Source: Oikopleura dioica
Lineage: Eukaryota > Animalia > Chordata
DNA: 64,000 nt
Assembly (NCBI GenBank): GCA_907165135.1
Contig: OU015569.1
Span: 1,984,001-2,048,000, forward strand
Direction of reading: 5' to 3'
The position numbers and the translations under genes were made by a program. The notes under the pieces were generated by a model, which was not told the DNA's origin, did no database searches, and saw nothing but the letters and a program-made list of their open reading frames with translations. This document shows, one piece after another, positions 50,985 to 63,920 of the stretch (position 1 is its first letter; every line of letters starts with the position of its first letter).

Positions 50985-53737
50985 ATGGAATACGAAGGGT
51001 TGGAAATACTTTTAAAAAGCAAACATGATCTTGAAGTGGAAACCATCGCTGGGAACTTGACTGCACCAGTCCTAGAAGCCTTTCCGAAAACTGCGAAACT
51101 GATCGACTCTCCTTTCAGTGGTCTTCAAATACGACTGAAGCTGCTCGCGGAAATAGCCCAGTCCGCTTCTGAAAGCAAAGACTTGATTGTCTCGGCGGAC
51201 ATGCTCGCATACTCAAAACTGCTACTAGAACAAGCGGTCGTTTTTGCAATTTCTCCGAACTTAAGGTGCGCTTTCATATCCTGCTCAATGATATAGCTTT
51301 TAAATTAAGTAAAGGAATTGGAATTCCAGTTGAGAAACGACTGAAGATGCATGAAAAGTCAGTGTTCAAAGTTGATTTTCAGCGAAACAAAGATCCAAGC
51401 GCCGAAGTGCTACATATGACATTGGAGAGTATGTACGACATTTTGACATCCAAAACAATGTTTGCTCCGTCCGCAAAACGATTAAGCATAGGATTGGTTT
51501 TGACTGTTTAAATATTGTTAATAGTGGTCATCTATTGACAATAGACTATTGTTCGCACTGATCTAAAACCCCCCAAAAAGACATCCTCTGTGCATGCATA
51601 CAATTGGGCTTTGGACGAAAGAATGATGCGCAAAATGACAACGAGATGTTTGCAACGCGCGAGCAGGGTCTTTCAGCCCGAAGAATGCTGCTGTCTTTTT
51701 GTGACAGCACTCCACTCACGCTCGTCTTCCAAGAACTGTGTCTCATCATGATTGCAGAAAAGCAATCCGAAGGAAAGTGGGGCCCTCGGACTTGGTTCAG
51801 AGCTGGTTGCAAAAAGATTATTCAGCGATGCATGAAACAGGAAAACGCACTCTCCGCCTTCCTCGATGCTCTCATGGGTCCAGAAAGCGTTCTGATGAAA
51901 ACTCCCCAGCCGATTTCGTCAATCAAATTGTACGTTTCTTTAGCCGGCCCACTGGATAGCGAAGATAAATTTGAAGAAATGAAAATACTTTTGGAGGGAG
52001 CCGACAACCTTGAACCAAATCAAGCACTTTTTCTATCCGTCGTCATCGCTCAGCAGAAGCTTTATAAACTTATTACTTTCGATGAAGACAACGCGTCCTC
52101 GAGCATGCGCAGAATAAAGACCGTTCTCCAGTGTCTGCCTAAAGATTCAGACATCGGTGGCTTGGAAGAGGTCCACCAGTTCGCAAAGAAACAGACTAAG
52201 GTTATTTATCAATACGCTATCGTCTTGGGGCAGAACTGTATCGAAGGCCAAACTAATTACGACACCGCCTTCGAAGTTCTTCAAATCCTCTCATCCACGG
52301 ATATCCTCAGCCTCGTTCACTCCAGAGCTGAGTTTTCCTACAATTTCGATTTCACAAGAGTCCCTCCAAAGCCATTCAACGGAGATGTTGAAATCCGGAT
52401 TTTGGCGGAACTCATCCGCCAAACAAGTCGCAACTGCCGTCTTGATATTCTAGTCGATTTGTTGAAATTTTCCTTTCGTTCAACAGATATGGAGTACAAG
52501 GAAGCTTACTGTCTCCTGTTAGGGGCATTTTTGGAAACATCGCCGGAATTCGTTGTTGAGCTGATGAATAACGAAGAGAACATTCCTCAGATTTTAACAG
52601 TTTGTGAACTGATCTTTCCGCACGCAGATGATTCTGACCTTCGTCAGTTCATCCTCTCCATCGTGGCCCTCCTTCTTTCAGACTTGGTTGGCTATTCGCT
52701 TGCTACGAAGAAGCAGGTCCGTGAGAGAATGGCCCCCATTATCACTCAGCTCATTCACTCCGAGGAGAATGCGGAGGTATTGCGCACCGCGAAAGATATT
52801 CTGACGAAAGTCCTTACCTTCGGCCAGACGCAAAATGAAACGAAGAAAAGCCATGAAGACGAGTGGAAATCAACAGGCAAGGAAAATCTATCGCATTCCA
52901 AAGACAAGAAAATGACTCTGAGAACTTGGGCAGAATATTTGGACTCGAATGAAATACCGCTTCGTAGTGGAGCGATAAGAGAACTCACATCAGCTCTTCA
53001 AAAGAACGCGCTCCCGGATGATCTCTCCGAAAAATTAGAAAAGAACTGCATGCTAGTTTTGCAACTGAAGACGGAGCCGTTTTTATTTCTCTCTGCTGTG
53101 GAGGCATTGTGCCAATTCGCTCTCAAGCGAAAAGAAGTCTTTGATCATCTGGTGGATCTTCTCAGAACGCAGGCGTCCAGAAATCCTGAGTTAGCTGTTC
53201 AAATCGGAGAGGTACTTTCCCGAACATGCAAAGGACTCGGGGATATGGCTCCTTGTTACGCAACAACCCTTATTCCAGTTCTTTTGTCGATTGCTTCTGC
53301 CAAAAATCTCGACAACATGATAATAGCGAGTGCGATTTCTACCGCCAGTGATCTACTGCCTCTTTGTAAATTTCTCCTTCATGACATACAGGTTTCGCGA
53401 AACGATTAGAGAGCAATTTTTTGAGAGCTGGTTTTAGTACGAAGTCGGTGCGGCTATTGTTGGCTTCCTTTCGCCAACAGTCGACGAATCCGTTCAAAAG
53501 TCCGCTTGCGAAATGGCAAAACAGATATTTACCGCTATCGGGCCTCGATTCTCGACTTTCACGGACGGAATCGTTCTCGAGGTCTATCGAGCGCTAAAGA
53601 AGATTGTTAAAGATCCCCTTACGTCAAAATGGCTCTATAACAGCGCTGCTCTGGCGCTGGAGTCCGTCGACCAGGCTGTGAAAGATTACCTGACTCCATC
53701 ACAGAAAATGGAAAAGAAAATTCAAGTCTTGGATTGA
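50985..53737 (+). CDS. TANGO6: Transport and Golgi organization 6 / Rtp1-like HEAT protein
   Basis: RTP1_C-like motifs PLRSGAIRELTSAL, EPFLFLSAVEAL, VQIGEVLSR..LGDMAP, IIASAISTASDL. 1.8-kb internal exon. Confidence 0.8.
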
Positions 53738-53844
53738 CAACCAAGCAATTCCAGTCAAAATGATTCCGCAGCTTACTTTTATGTTTCTTTTAAGATTGTG
53801 CCATGTTTTATCGCGTTGAATAGAGAGGCGCACTTGTCGGAATT

Positions 53845-56800
53845 ATGAACTCAGCTCCCCTCAGTATTCGGCGACGCGCATGTGGAATCAACCCGAGGCG
53901 CGCTCAGCACCAACTAGAATGCATCGCTGAAGATCATCTAGTTCGAGGCCAGAAGACAATAGAAGCTAAGTTGCCTGATCACACGAAGAGCACTTATGCC
54001 ATTGCTTTCTCTGCATGTGGCAAATACTGTGCTACTTCTACCGGTAATGGCACACTTTAGTTGTGTCCATAATTTTTCAATTCAAGGGGATCACAATGTT
54101 CACGTAATCGAGCGAGCAACGGGGAAGCTAGTGAAAACCCTAACAGGTCATCCTCGGACTTGCTGGTCGGTCGTCTTCCATCCCAAAAATCCAAAGCTCA
54201 TTGCATCCGCTGATCTCAGTGGAGAGGTGCGCGTCTGGTGCGTCGATACGGGAGAAGGGCCCGTCTGGAGACGCGTTAGAGGCGTCGTGGAAAGAGAAAC
54301 GAATAGGTAACCATTTCGCATTTTTCGGTTTGCTTGAGTTGCTTCGTAGTAGCGAGTCGCTACTTGATTTTCATCATGCGAATCAAAAAATCATGAATAA
54401 CTAAAAATACTTTTTAGCGAATTCATTGAAAACATAGAAAACATTCCTCCTCCTGACGAGGAGGAACTGGGGTAAAAAAGTAACAATCATTTATCATACT
54501 TGCATGCTTCACTTAATTTAGCTCGGCACACTGCACGCATTTACAAAAAGTGAACTCGTAAAACAATTTGAATCAGCTGTGCCGGGATAAATCGAATTTT
54601 AAAAAACGATGAGTTTCAGTAAGAAATGCTAGTCAATCTTTGAGTAAGGGATGATGGACCCATTCTTATTGAAGCTTATCAAATACCCGTATAAAACTAT
54701 ATTTAGGGTATCGGTATGCTTTCATCCACGAGACAATGTGCTAGCTATAGGTATTAGCAATGAATTGCACTTGTGGGATTGGTGGGAAGACTTTAAGCCT
54801 TTTGTCTCTCTCAAAACAGGTTCTGACGCAGAAAAATATTATTCTGCCGTTTTTCGCCGGATGGAAAGTATGAGTCCAATATCTTGAACCATGTTCCTAC
54901 TTTCACCTTTAGACAACTTATCACTGCCATCAGTAGCGCTCCAGAAACTGCCTCTCCCCAGCCCCCAGACCCTTTTCAAGAGATCATAACTCATGCAGAT
55001 CCGATCGTCTTGACCCGTGAAAATACTCGTGCCCAGTTTTCCGCTATGGGTTCAAAAGCATTTCTTTGTTTTTGATCATCACAAGTATAAAGCTTATATT
55101 TGAATCCGTAATAGAAAATACAAGCCAGCAGCCCTCCACGAGCACAAATGTGGACGAGACAAATATGAGACAAACCTCGAGGACGCGTGATACGAGTCCT
55201 TTACGAGTGACGTCCCCGCGAAATTCTCGGATTTCGCCATTCCATCGGCGTCATCATCGAACAAATCAAAATCAAAACCCCCTCGGTCAGCAGCCCTTTT
55301 CACTGACTGTACCTGGTGCGAATGTTGCTCCTGGCGATTGGGGAGCCAGCGTCCCTCCAGGAATGGATAAATTGTTTTTCAACCGATCTGATTTATGAAA
55401 GAAAAATATTTTTTTTATCACTCACTTGAGCTTCAATTACATATGGGCATCTAGAGGACCTTACATCGGACATGCAAGACAGAGGTGACGATTTGTAATC
55501 ACGAAATCATTTGTCAATGATTTTTAGCCATTCCAGGAACTATTTACCCACTCGGAAACTCAAGAGCGATTCCGTTACTCAGGCCCAATTATGTTACATC
55601 AGGCGACGATGGCGTTAGCATCGAGCAACTTATCGGCTCGCGTACTCTTCAAAGGTAGTTCTACCACTTACGAATCCATGTAATTATTTCTAAGGGCGTT
55701 TGTAAGGGATTTCGCCATGCACTTACAGTACGATCGCCACCGTCCACGCGAAGAGAAAAAGAAGCTGTGCAGGCTGCAGCTATGGGACTTCGATCCGCAA
55801 AATCTACCAGAAATATCACTACCAAATGTTGGTCATCTTCTCTCCCGCGTCAAGCTCAACAACGACTCTTCAGTTTCCATCGCAAAAGATTTCAGGTAGC
55901 AGCATACGTATTACAGCAGTCCCTAACTTTTCTTCAAGTCAAATCGCTTGCTTCGTCCAGGAGCAGAGCGGGAGAGAACATCACTACTCATCGATTTTCT
56001 CCAAACTGACACTCGTCGTTATCTCTCTGCGCCCGAATAATCTAGGAGACACGCTTTGGTCGAGGAACTTTGGAAACGACGCGTTATGTGTCTCGATAAG
56101 GTAAGTGATGAAAAACTATCGGAAATAACCAGTGACTCCAGTCCAATGAATAACTATCTCGCAATCGGAATGAAAGTTCGAAGAATGAGCTTTCCGCCGC
56201 GGAATGTCCCGCTGATTGAATTCTATTCTATGAACGACTCCACCCGGGCTGTTTCAACGATGACGGCGGACTTGAGCTCCAACTTTAGTAGCCGAAACCA
56301 ACAATTCGTCGTTAACACGATTGCGTTCATGCCCACGTATGTGGTTTTAGATATTTAATTTATAAACATATCCTTTAGACCAGGGCAAGGGCTACTCTAC
56401 GGCACTTCAACTGGAAAACTGTGTCTCGTGGTTCCAGATTCTGCGAAAGAAAACTCGTCCGAAACTGAGGACCCTCTGAGCGAACGAGAACGTCAGGAGC
56501 AACGAGCGGAAAGCAGAGATAACCTCCGCGCGCGGCTACGTTCTGCACAACGTCAGGATAGGGTTTTATTTTCATAAGTTCATGTCTATTTAAGAAATAA
56601 ACGTATAAACATTGACTTGAATCCTTACCAGGCATCAATCCGAAATACGACTTCCTATCTTCGTCTGGGCGAGAACACAGTTTCAGTCACTCCTGCATAT
56701 TCAAGCACGCGTTCGCGGGCTATTTCCGTTATGAATCGACTTGATACTGCTCGTGGCATTCTTCGACGCACAACGCAAGATCCACTTTTGTCAAGTGGTT

Positions 56801-57941
56801 CTATAACCGAGTACAGGCCTGTCACAGTTCAGTTGCAGTCTGGTCAAAACGTACGTATCACGGTCTTGGAAACTTTGATAGTACTTTCCTTGGTAAAAAA
56901 ATATTTCTCAGGGTGAGATCGGAATTATAAGACGAGATGTTTCGCCAACATTACTTAATCCTCCGAGTCGGTCTTCATCGGAACGAAACGCCATTTTGAA
57001 CCGGAATGCTCCTGCGCAATTTAGCTCTCCTTTGTCTCAACGTCGTCGAACTCGGCGAAGGTCAGCAGCGTCTTCCAGATCATCAAGCGCACCTCAACGA
57101 TCGAGAAGACGCGCGGATGTCCCTACTAATATCGCAGATTATTCTGCATACATCGAACAGATAAGGCTTGAAAGCGTGGCAAGGGTAGCTGCGGCGAGAC
57201 AGGAAGCGAGGTTAGCCGCTGAGGCCAGGCGCGATGCCAGTACGAACACCGATTCGAGTTCAGCAGAACCCTCCAGGACTTCAAGAGCATCTACTTCAAC
57301 CTCCTCCCAGCAACCTACTCGATCATCTGCTCGACTGAGAGAACGACGAACATCACCTACTACTCAAGCTCAAACCAGGCGGCAGCTGATGGAGAATTTA
57401 CGTAGAAATGCGGAAAGTTCTGGCACTCAGCAATTGGATATCCAGGCCTTACAGCGAGACTTGATAGAACAACGTGCTCAACTTGCGAGGCAGCATGCGA
57501 TCCTAGTAGAACATCAGCGCATGAACAGTCGCCTTAGGAGACGAGTCGTCCATCAAGAGCGGTTAGATGAGTTGATGGTACGTTCCGTTTTACTTTTATT
57601 TAAAATGATTGAAATCTTAGAGAATCACTGATGACGCGAGGAACAGTCTTACTTCGCTAGAGCCTGTTCCCTTATTCGCGGAAGATGTAGGATTTAACGT
57701 TCACCCAGCACATTCTCCACCTACAACGTTGACGCCGCAAACGATCGCTCCATTTCCAAGAGAAGAGAATTCGGGACCGGCTCCTCCTGCAACTATCGCC
57801 CAGTCGACCGATCAGGCGGCTGGAGCGCATATTATCGATCCCAATGTTCACATGCGACTTCTGGAAATTGAAAACGCTTTGAACAATCCAACTTCTTCAT
57901 CGCCCACGAATCCGTCAGAACCTCCACACAGCGACCGTTAG
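53845..57941 (+). CDS. AMBRA1: AMBRA1 (split WD40, DCAF3), with one apparent 1-nt frameshift at 54832-54836
   Basis: LPDHTKSTYAIAFS, LTGHPRTCWSVVFHP..ASADLSGEVRVW, FHPRDNVLAIGISNELHLWDW, RLQLWDFDPQNLPEIS..KLNNDSSVSI all parallel the AMBRA1 N- and C-terminal WD40 halves. Long disordered tail. Confidence 0.9.
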
Positions 57942-58160
57942 TTTTTCAACAAAGGTGCCGCCACTCCCAGCTTGCTGTGTAAAAATTCCTTGCCAAGTAT
58001 TTTCCCATCTTAAAACAACTTTCAACTTATTCAAAAATAAAATTCAACTATTCCTGTACTCTCGAACGGATAAAAATGAAAATGCATTTTCAGCTGAAGA
58101 AAATCAATTATTTTTTGATCTCTTAATTACCTCCTTTATTATTTTAGAACGATAGCTAGA

Positions 58161-60573
58161 ATGGACGCCGGCAATAACAAAAAGTTTTACACTCATTCGA
58201 AAATCGAAGATTGGCGGAAGAATATTCATAGAGGGCAGAATATACCAAATGATGACGAACCTTCAATCTCTGCCACTAATAATAGCAACACTATCAGTAG
58301 TGAGATGATGGATCTCTATGAATCGTAAGTAAATTTGGAATATTTATGAGAACCCTTTAAATCCATTTTTAGAATGGACTCAGTTTCTGTCATCGAGTCC
58401 TCTGCCGACAGAGCAACAAAGAGGATGCAACAGGCGTTAATAGTATGGTTCATCAGTAGAAATATCTTATAAACCTTTACTTAGGCACACTGCGAACGAG
58501 AGAGGTCCTTAGACAATTTCCGAAGGTCAAGAAGATCTGGTTCGCTCCTGAAGGAATGTTAAATTTTCTAAATATGTATCTTTGATCAAGAAAATATAAG
58601 AGTTAATAGAAATTTTAATCGAGACAAGGATTTGATAAATTTAATTGCCTCCCACCATCCCTACGGGTTCGAGGAAAAAAACTTGGAGGACATAATGATG
58701 GCATCAGAGGAAATAAGAAGAATGGCAAAGAAAATCATCGCAACGTTCGATGTCGACGAAAACAAGCCTCCAAATGGCGAGTACATCCTCTGGAATCTTA
58801 ACGGCCTCATCGAAATAATAAAGACATGCTGCGTCTACTCCGTGTCAAGAAAATCATCCACCGTTGGTTTTCAACCGAGGAAATTTGATCGAAAAATTTC
58901 TACATCGATTGCCGATCGCATGATCTACCAAGAAGACAACTTCATGAATGCCAACGAGGAAATAGTCTTTACAGCAGACTGCTATTTCCATCGCCTTTGT
59001 CTGATCCTCAATGATGCTCGAATCATATATGGATCTCAAAAGCCAACAATCAACAGACTCGCTCAGACACTACGAGCGGACCGTGTGGCATCAAGTCTTC
59101 TCGTCAAATTGTTCTCTCTCTTGGATGGATCGGAAGAATTACGAAGGGAAAATAAGCAAACAAGAGTTCATCAGGGGTACGATGCGTTTACTGTTCTCAG
59201 GTGGGCTCTTTCAAAAACATTTCTCTTTAGCAGACGAAATTTAGACTGCCCTATCAATATCCGGAGTCGATCGCTGAAGGCCACGAAGAGATGCTTTTGT
59301 ACTTGGTAACAAGTCCGTATGCTTCCCATTTGAAAGAAATGGCCGCATATAAAGATCGCTCTGCTCAAAACATTGAAGAGATAGCCATCGTCGCGTAAGT
59401 AAAAGAAAATGGACTTTTTTATCCTTGATTCAGACCCGGTCTGGCGTCAACACCGCAATTTATTTGGGAAAAAATAACGAACGAAACTGGTCCGTCTCTT
59501 GAAAATTTTGAATTGGAAACTATCGCGACTGATCAAGACCAGAAATTGTGGCGAGAAGAAAAATGGAAAATATTCGAAGAGGCGAAGTATCGCGATGAAG
59601 ATGGCAAAACTTTTTTTGCTAAACGCTCAGTCGGGGTTCCTTGTCAGCTGTCGAAAAATGGCTGTAAAAATACGGAGGAGCACCGACGACGAATACTATT
59701 TGATGGAATCGGAAATGACTAAAAAGCTACAGAAGTTCGCTGACGAGCGACGAAAAGAAATCGGAGGAATGAATTCTAGTCGACCGACTGTATCACTACC
59801 GCCGCCATACGCTGTTCGAGGAAGAGAACAACATCTCAAGCCCAATATGTTGCTGCTTAAATGTACTGAAGGTATCGAGGCGGTCGACCGAGTAATCATT
59901 CAACACGGAAAGTGGTTTGACCTCAACCATAGATCATACTTTGAAAGAAGGCGATTCTTTTTCGAATCCGCGCCCGGGCTAAAACCTACTCGCCATCAGA
60001 AGTTGATGAATAATGACGATTACCGGCTTTGGTGTTACTATGTAGATTATGGTTATCACGAGGAGGTAGATGTCGGAGATTTGTATTTTCCACCTAAATT
60101 CGCCTTTCAGGTCAGTCAGCTAAGACTCCATCATTTTGATTGTTCTTTCAGTGCCCAGCGACCGCCCTACCGATTCTCATGGCTGATATTGAAATCAAAG
60201 ACGATCAAGAACTAGCGATGGCGAGCAAGTTTTGTAGCGACATAAACTGGAGCGTCTGTCATAGATATTCGTATCTATTGGGCTTTGTAACAGATAATAG
60301 AAGTGATCCTGATGAATATCCGGTGTTCCACATTAAACTTTTAAAGGAAACACTCGTCGACGAAGAAGGCAATGATTCCGTTCCGATCGTAAGAATTATA
60401 CTTGTTTTTTTTCATTTAACTTTCTTATTTAGGGACTTTTTTCACGGTTAGATGCCGTTAGAGGGGGAATGAATGGATGCGAGCCTTACTTTGCGGAGGA
60501 CTACACCAACTATAGGATAGCGTCTTTTTCGAAGAAATATGACTACACTTGTCATCCAAGACAAAGACGCTGA
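58161..60573 (+). CDS. Tudor-domain protein (extended Tudor near C-terminus) with unrecognised N-terminal region
   Basis: YRLWCYYVDYGYHEEVDVGDLYFPPKFAFQ|CPATALPILMADI matches the Tudor aromatic-cage YxDYG..E.V..L..P.A pattern. Upstream exons can be joined by GT-AG introns, including a 61-nt intron near 59586-59646. Confidence 0.65.
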
Positions 60574-61219
60574 AGAACATACACATCAATTTATACTAAA
60601 ATCCTGCTAAATTTGAGTTATACAAAATGTCTTCAATTGAATTCCGTTTCAAGTTCTTACTTTCTATGTAGCTATAAAACAAACATATTTATAACTGTCA
60701 TAATACTGCCCACCACTCAATGAACAGTTTTGACTCAGTTTCTTCAAAGCCTTCACTGTGAAGGCTTCACAAATAAACAAAAAGATCTCAATCATTTGGT
60801 GATAAGTAAAAAGAACGCTTATCAAAGTTGTAAACATCAAGTGTATTTATTAATTATTGCAGGGCCTTGAATTTCATAGAAAATGCATGCAAATATGTAA
60901 TGAACAGTCGCGTCGATGCTATGTGTTATCAGTGAAGTCAGCGTCAGTGTCATTTGGAATCTCACTTACATGCTGAGTATGAGGCGTAATAGAGACGTCG
61001 GAATCGACTGAAGAACTTTTGCTCCACTGGAGAGACGACGCGACTTCTGATTGTTTGAGTCTCATCAGGTCAGTTCTTGGGATCGGTTACGTGATTTTAT
61101 ACATTGAAATTAAGTACCTATCGAATGAGTTAAGTTGTTGTGGTATTTCGAAGGAGGGTGCCGACCAGCTCTGTGGAAATATGTTCGTATCTAAAATAAA
61201 TATGCTCCAGGATAGCCAA

Positions 61220-62092
61220 TATGCGTTCATTTGTCATTAGCTTAAGTTAAGACCAAAGGCGGCATATTACTTATTATCATTACTGTCGATTAATTATTAA
61301 ATTCACAGAAGTACTCACAATGTGAGGAAAAATTGATTTTCGGCCAGTTGAAGTTCTGCGGGGGGTACATCTGTGGCGCATGCCCATCACTACTCGATGG
61401 AAAGAATCCTGAGTTGAAGGGCGACCTTAAAAAATGATGACATTAGCTCGAAGACAAGAATTTTTAAACTTACGGATGACCCAAGGAGAACGGCGGAAAT
61501 GGCATTCCATGATGCCCTAATCTTTTGCGGCGATTCCCTCTAGGTCGCCTTAAAATTATAAAAATTTAAATAAAGCTACTAAAAGTTTTAAGACCTGTCT
61601 CGAGCTCGACGATTTTGAAACCATACTTGAATCTTGTTTTCTGCAATATTGAGGCATTTTGCAAGACGAGCTTTGTCGTCCCGAGATGGATACTAGTCGT
61701 TGATCAGCAATTCTGAACTTTCGAGCGTTACCTGTTGATCTTTGTAGACATTTTCAAGCTCGTTTCGTTGCTCTGGCGTGAAGTAAACCCTTTTCTTTGC
61801 TCCTAATTCCAGAGCGCGTTTTCCACTCTCTGCGACGGCCTAAATCGAATCTTATCAATGTCAAATTTGTCGAAGAGCTACTTCGGAAAGTTTTCTGTAA
61901 CAAGTTTGTTGTGAGCTTTCTGATGCTGTGGTTGTCAGAGCAGGCTTTGGCTCCTCGTAGAATATTTTATTGCTAACGCAATTTGTTTGATAATTGCTCT
62001 AAATTAAGGTTAATGATTAAGCTGGAGATGGTCCGGGCGTTTACCTGATAATGGGTACTTGAAGTGACATCCTTCTGAATAGCACTCGCCAT
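61220..62092 (-). CDS. Divergent PRD-like (Q50) homeobox gene; ends approximate
   Basis: Spliced homeodomain KKRVYFTPEQRNELENVYKDQQ|YPSRDDKARLAKCLNIAENKIQVWFQNRRARDR, interrupted by a 39-nt GT-AG intron (~61691-61653). Upstream exons join in phase 0. Not in the ORF track. Confidence 0.85.
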
Positions 62093-62854
62093 ATTTTTGA
62101 TAGTTATCAAAATAGGTGACAGTCTCTTATGTGTTTGATCTTTATAAAAGTATATTCCATCACCAATATAAAATACATAGGTGGCGCAAAAGTGAGCAAG
62201 AGACAGCGCGCCTCTCGCTATGGCCCAATCTTTTTGCAAATCGACAATTTTACGCGCATGGGATGCGAACAACGACGATTGTTTTGCTTGCTTGAATAGC
62301 GGAGTGCAGTGTGAATTATATCTTTTAGGTACTTTCATAAAAAAGATTCTCTGAACGAAAATGCCCTGATAGTTTGTTCTTGCTCCCTGGTATCGATAAA
62401 CTAAACATGTTTGAAATTAATTAGATGTTATTTGCATGTTTTAATCACTCGAGCGCGTTCCTCCGGCATCAGCAGGAAGCGATGCAGCATTGCTTGTTTC
62501 CCATCGATTTTTGTCTAGCCGACGGAGCCAAATCAGCGGAATCTGAAGTTGCGTGTTATCATTCTCGACTCCTTTGATAAGGTCGCTGTAGTGCGTTCCC
62601 ATTATCCCCGAGGCTGAGAAGCTCAATCAGCGCACATGCAAAAATGCGTCGAATGCATCGTCATTTTATTTTCCTGCGGATCAATCTAATTATTAGACAA
62701 TGAACAAGTCTCCCGTGAGATCTGTCGGCGCAAGAACAAACGGAAAGACCATCTCATGCGTTTCAAGCTGATTCTGTAAACACATCAAAAATACAAAAAA
62801 AAATCCAGTGATATATTTTTGTATTCTAGCAACGAGCCGGTCAGTGGTAAAACT

Positions 62855-63917
62855 TCACAATGCCAGTTTTACAGGTGATGGTTTAATGTCGGCAGGAAGG
62901 GGAAGTGTGGGTTTCTGGTCGACCGCAGGTGCCTTCAAAAATTTACTTATCAAGTACATTGAAGATTGGCACTTACTTTTCTATTAGATAAATAATCTTG
63001 CATACGGAGCTCTTCGATCGAAAATTGCTTAGCATGGTCCATTGCGGAATAACTGACAAAGGCAACGTTCTCCGAACCCGCACCCGGATTGGTTTCAGTT
63101 GCCATTGTTGGCTGATTCACGAGTTAATAAATTTTGTTTTAATTTGTTAATAATTACCTGAAATTTTTGAGACGTTCCGTCGATGGCATTCGATACAAAA
63201 GTAAACCACTTAGGTTTGTCCGTTTCAGGAAACGAAAGAACGCTCTTTTCGGTAAAGAAACCGTCTTAAAATTTTCATTTTAGTTCCAAAAATTGTTATA
63301 TTTCAAACGAACCTAGTTCCTCCTTCATCAAGCTAAACGCAGTTTTTGTCCAATCCAGATGGATCAGCATAAGCTGAAGACGTCTTTTCGAAGTTCCAAG
63401 GGATTTTTCGAAAACATCGCGTCTATCGATGACTTCTCCGATTTCAAGATTTAACTGTCCCAGGTCAGGCACAGGACAGTGTCCCTCATTTGAAAAAAGA
63501 AAGTTGGGTCTACCCAACCAGATTCCTTCTGCCCAGACTACTTACAGGGATACAAATTTGTTAATATTGGATTCATGTGGTATTTTTTATAAGAATTATT
63601 ATTTCATTCTTAAAATTCGCGTTCCGAGTCCTTTTGGGTATTTCCGCTCGATAACGGCATCTTGTCCGAGGATAAGAATCTTCTTTTTGAATTGGTCTAT
63701 CATTGCTTCTTTTCCTTCGATTTCATGTTTCTCAGAAGCTATATCCTTCTCCAGCCCTTCCATTTTCTTTTTTAGTCTCTGTTCAAAATGGATTAATGAA
63801 AGCTACAAACTTATACATTACCTTCAGCTCCTCAAAATTCATGTTCGCTCTAGCCATCTTGCCCGCGATGTCGTCAAAGCTGATAGAGTCTTTTCCCTGA
63901 GCAGTTGTCTTTGACAT
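62855..63917 (-). CDS. ~265-aa coiled-coil protein with a Nup98-type GLEBS (Rae1-binding) domain and no FG repeats
   Basis: Six exons assembled. C-terminal GTSQKFQ|PTMATETNPGAGSENVAFVSYSAMDHAKQFSIEELRMQDYLSNRK|AP parallels Nup98 GTTIKFNP..ITAMKEYESKSLEELRLEDYQANRKGP. N-terminal heptads FEELKRLKKKMEGLEKDI. Confidence 0.75.
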
Positions 63918-63920
63918 TTT

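Larger units (their letters stand above)
48642..60573 (+). other. Putative polycistronic unit (operon): DYNC2LI1-ELOC-TANGO6-AMBRA1-Tudor
   Basis: Stop-to-ATG gaps of about 138, 231, 107 and 219 bp. Each downstream ATG has an unpaired AG acceptor shortly upstream (e.g. TTTAG|A ATG at 50985, CTAG|A ATG at 58161). Confidence 0.55.

Noticed and set aside
59499-59722. Programmed frameshift between overlapping ORFs in the Tudor gene
   Set aside because: A canonical 61-nt GT-AG intron (GTATCG...TTGTCAG) joins the two frames.
63429-63914. 161-aa plus-strand ORF
   Set aside because: Antisense shadow of the coiled-coil/GLEBS gene, whose minus-strand splice sites are coherent.
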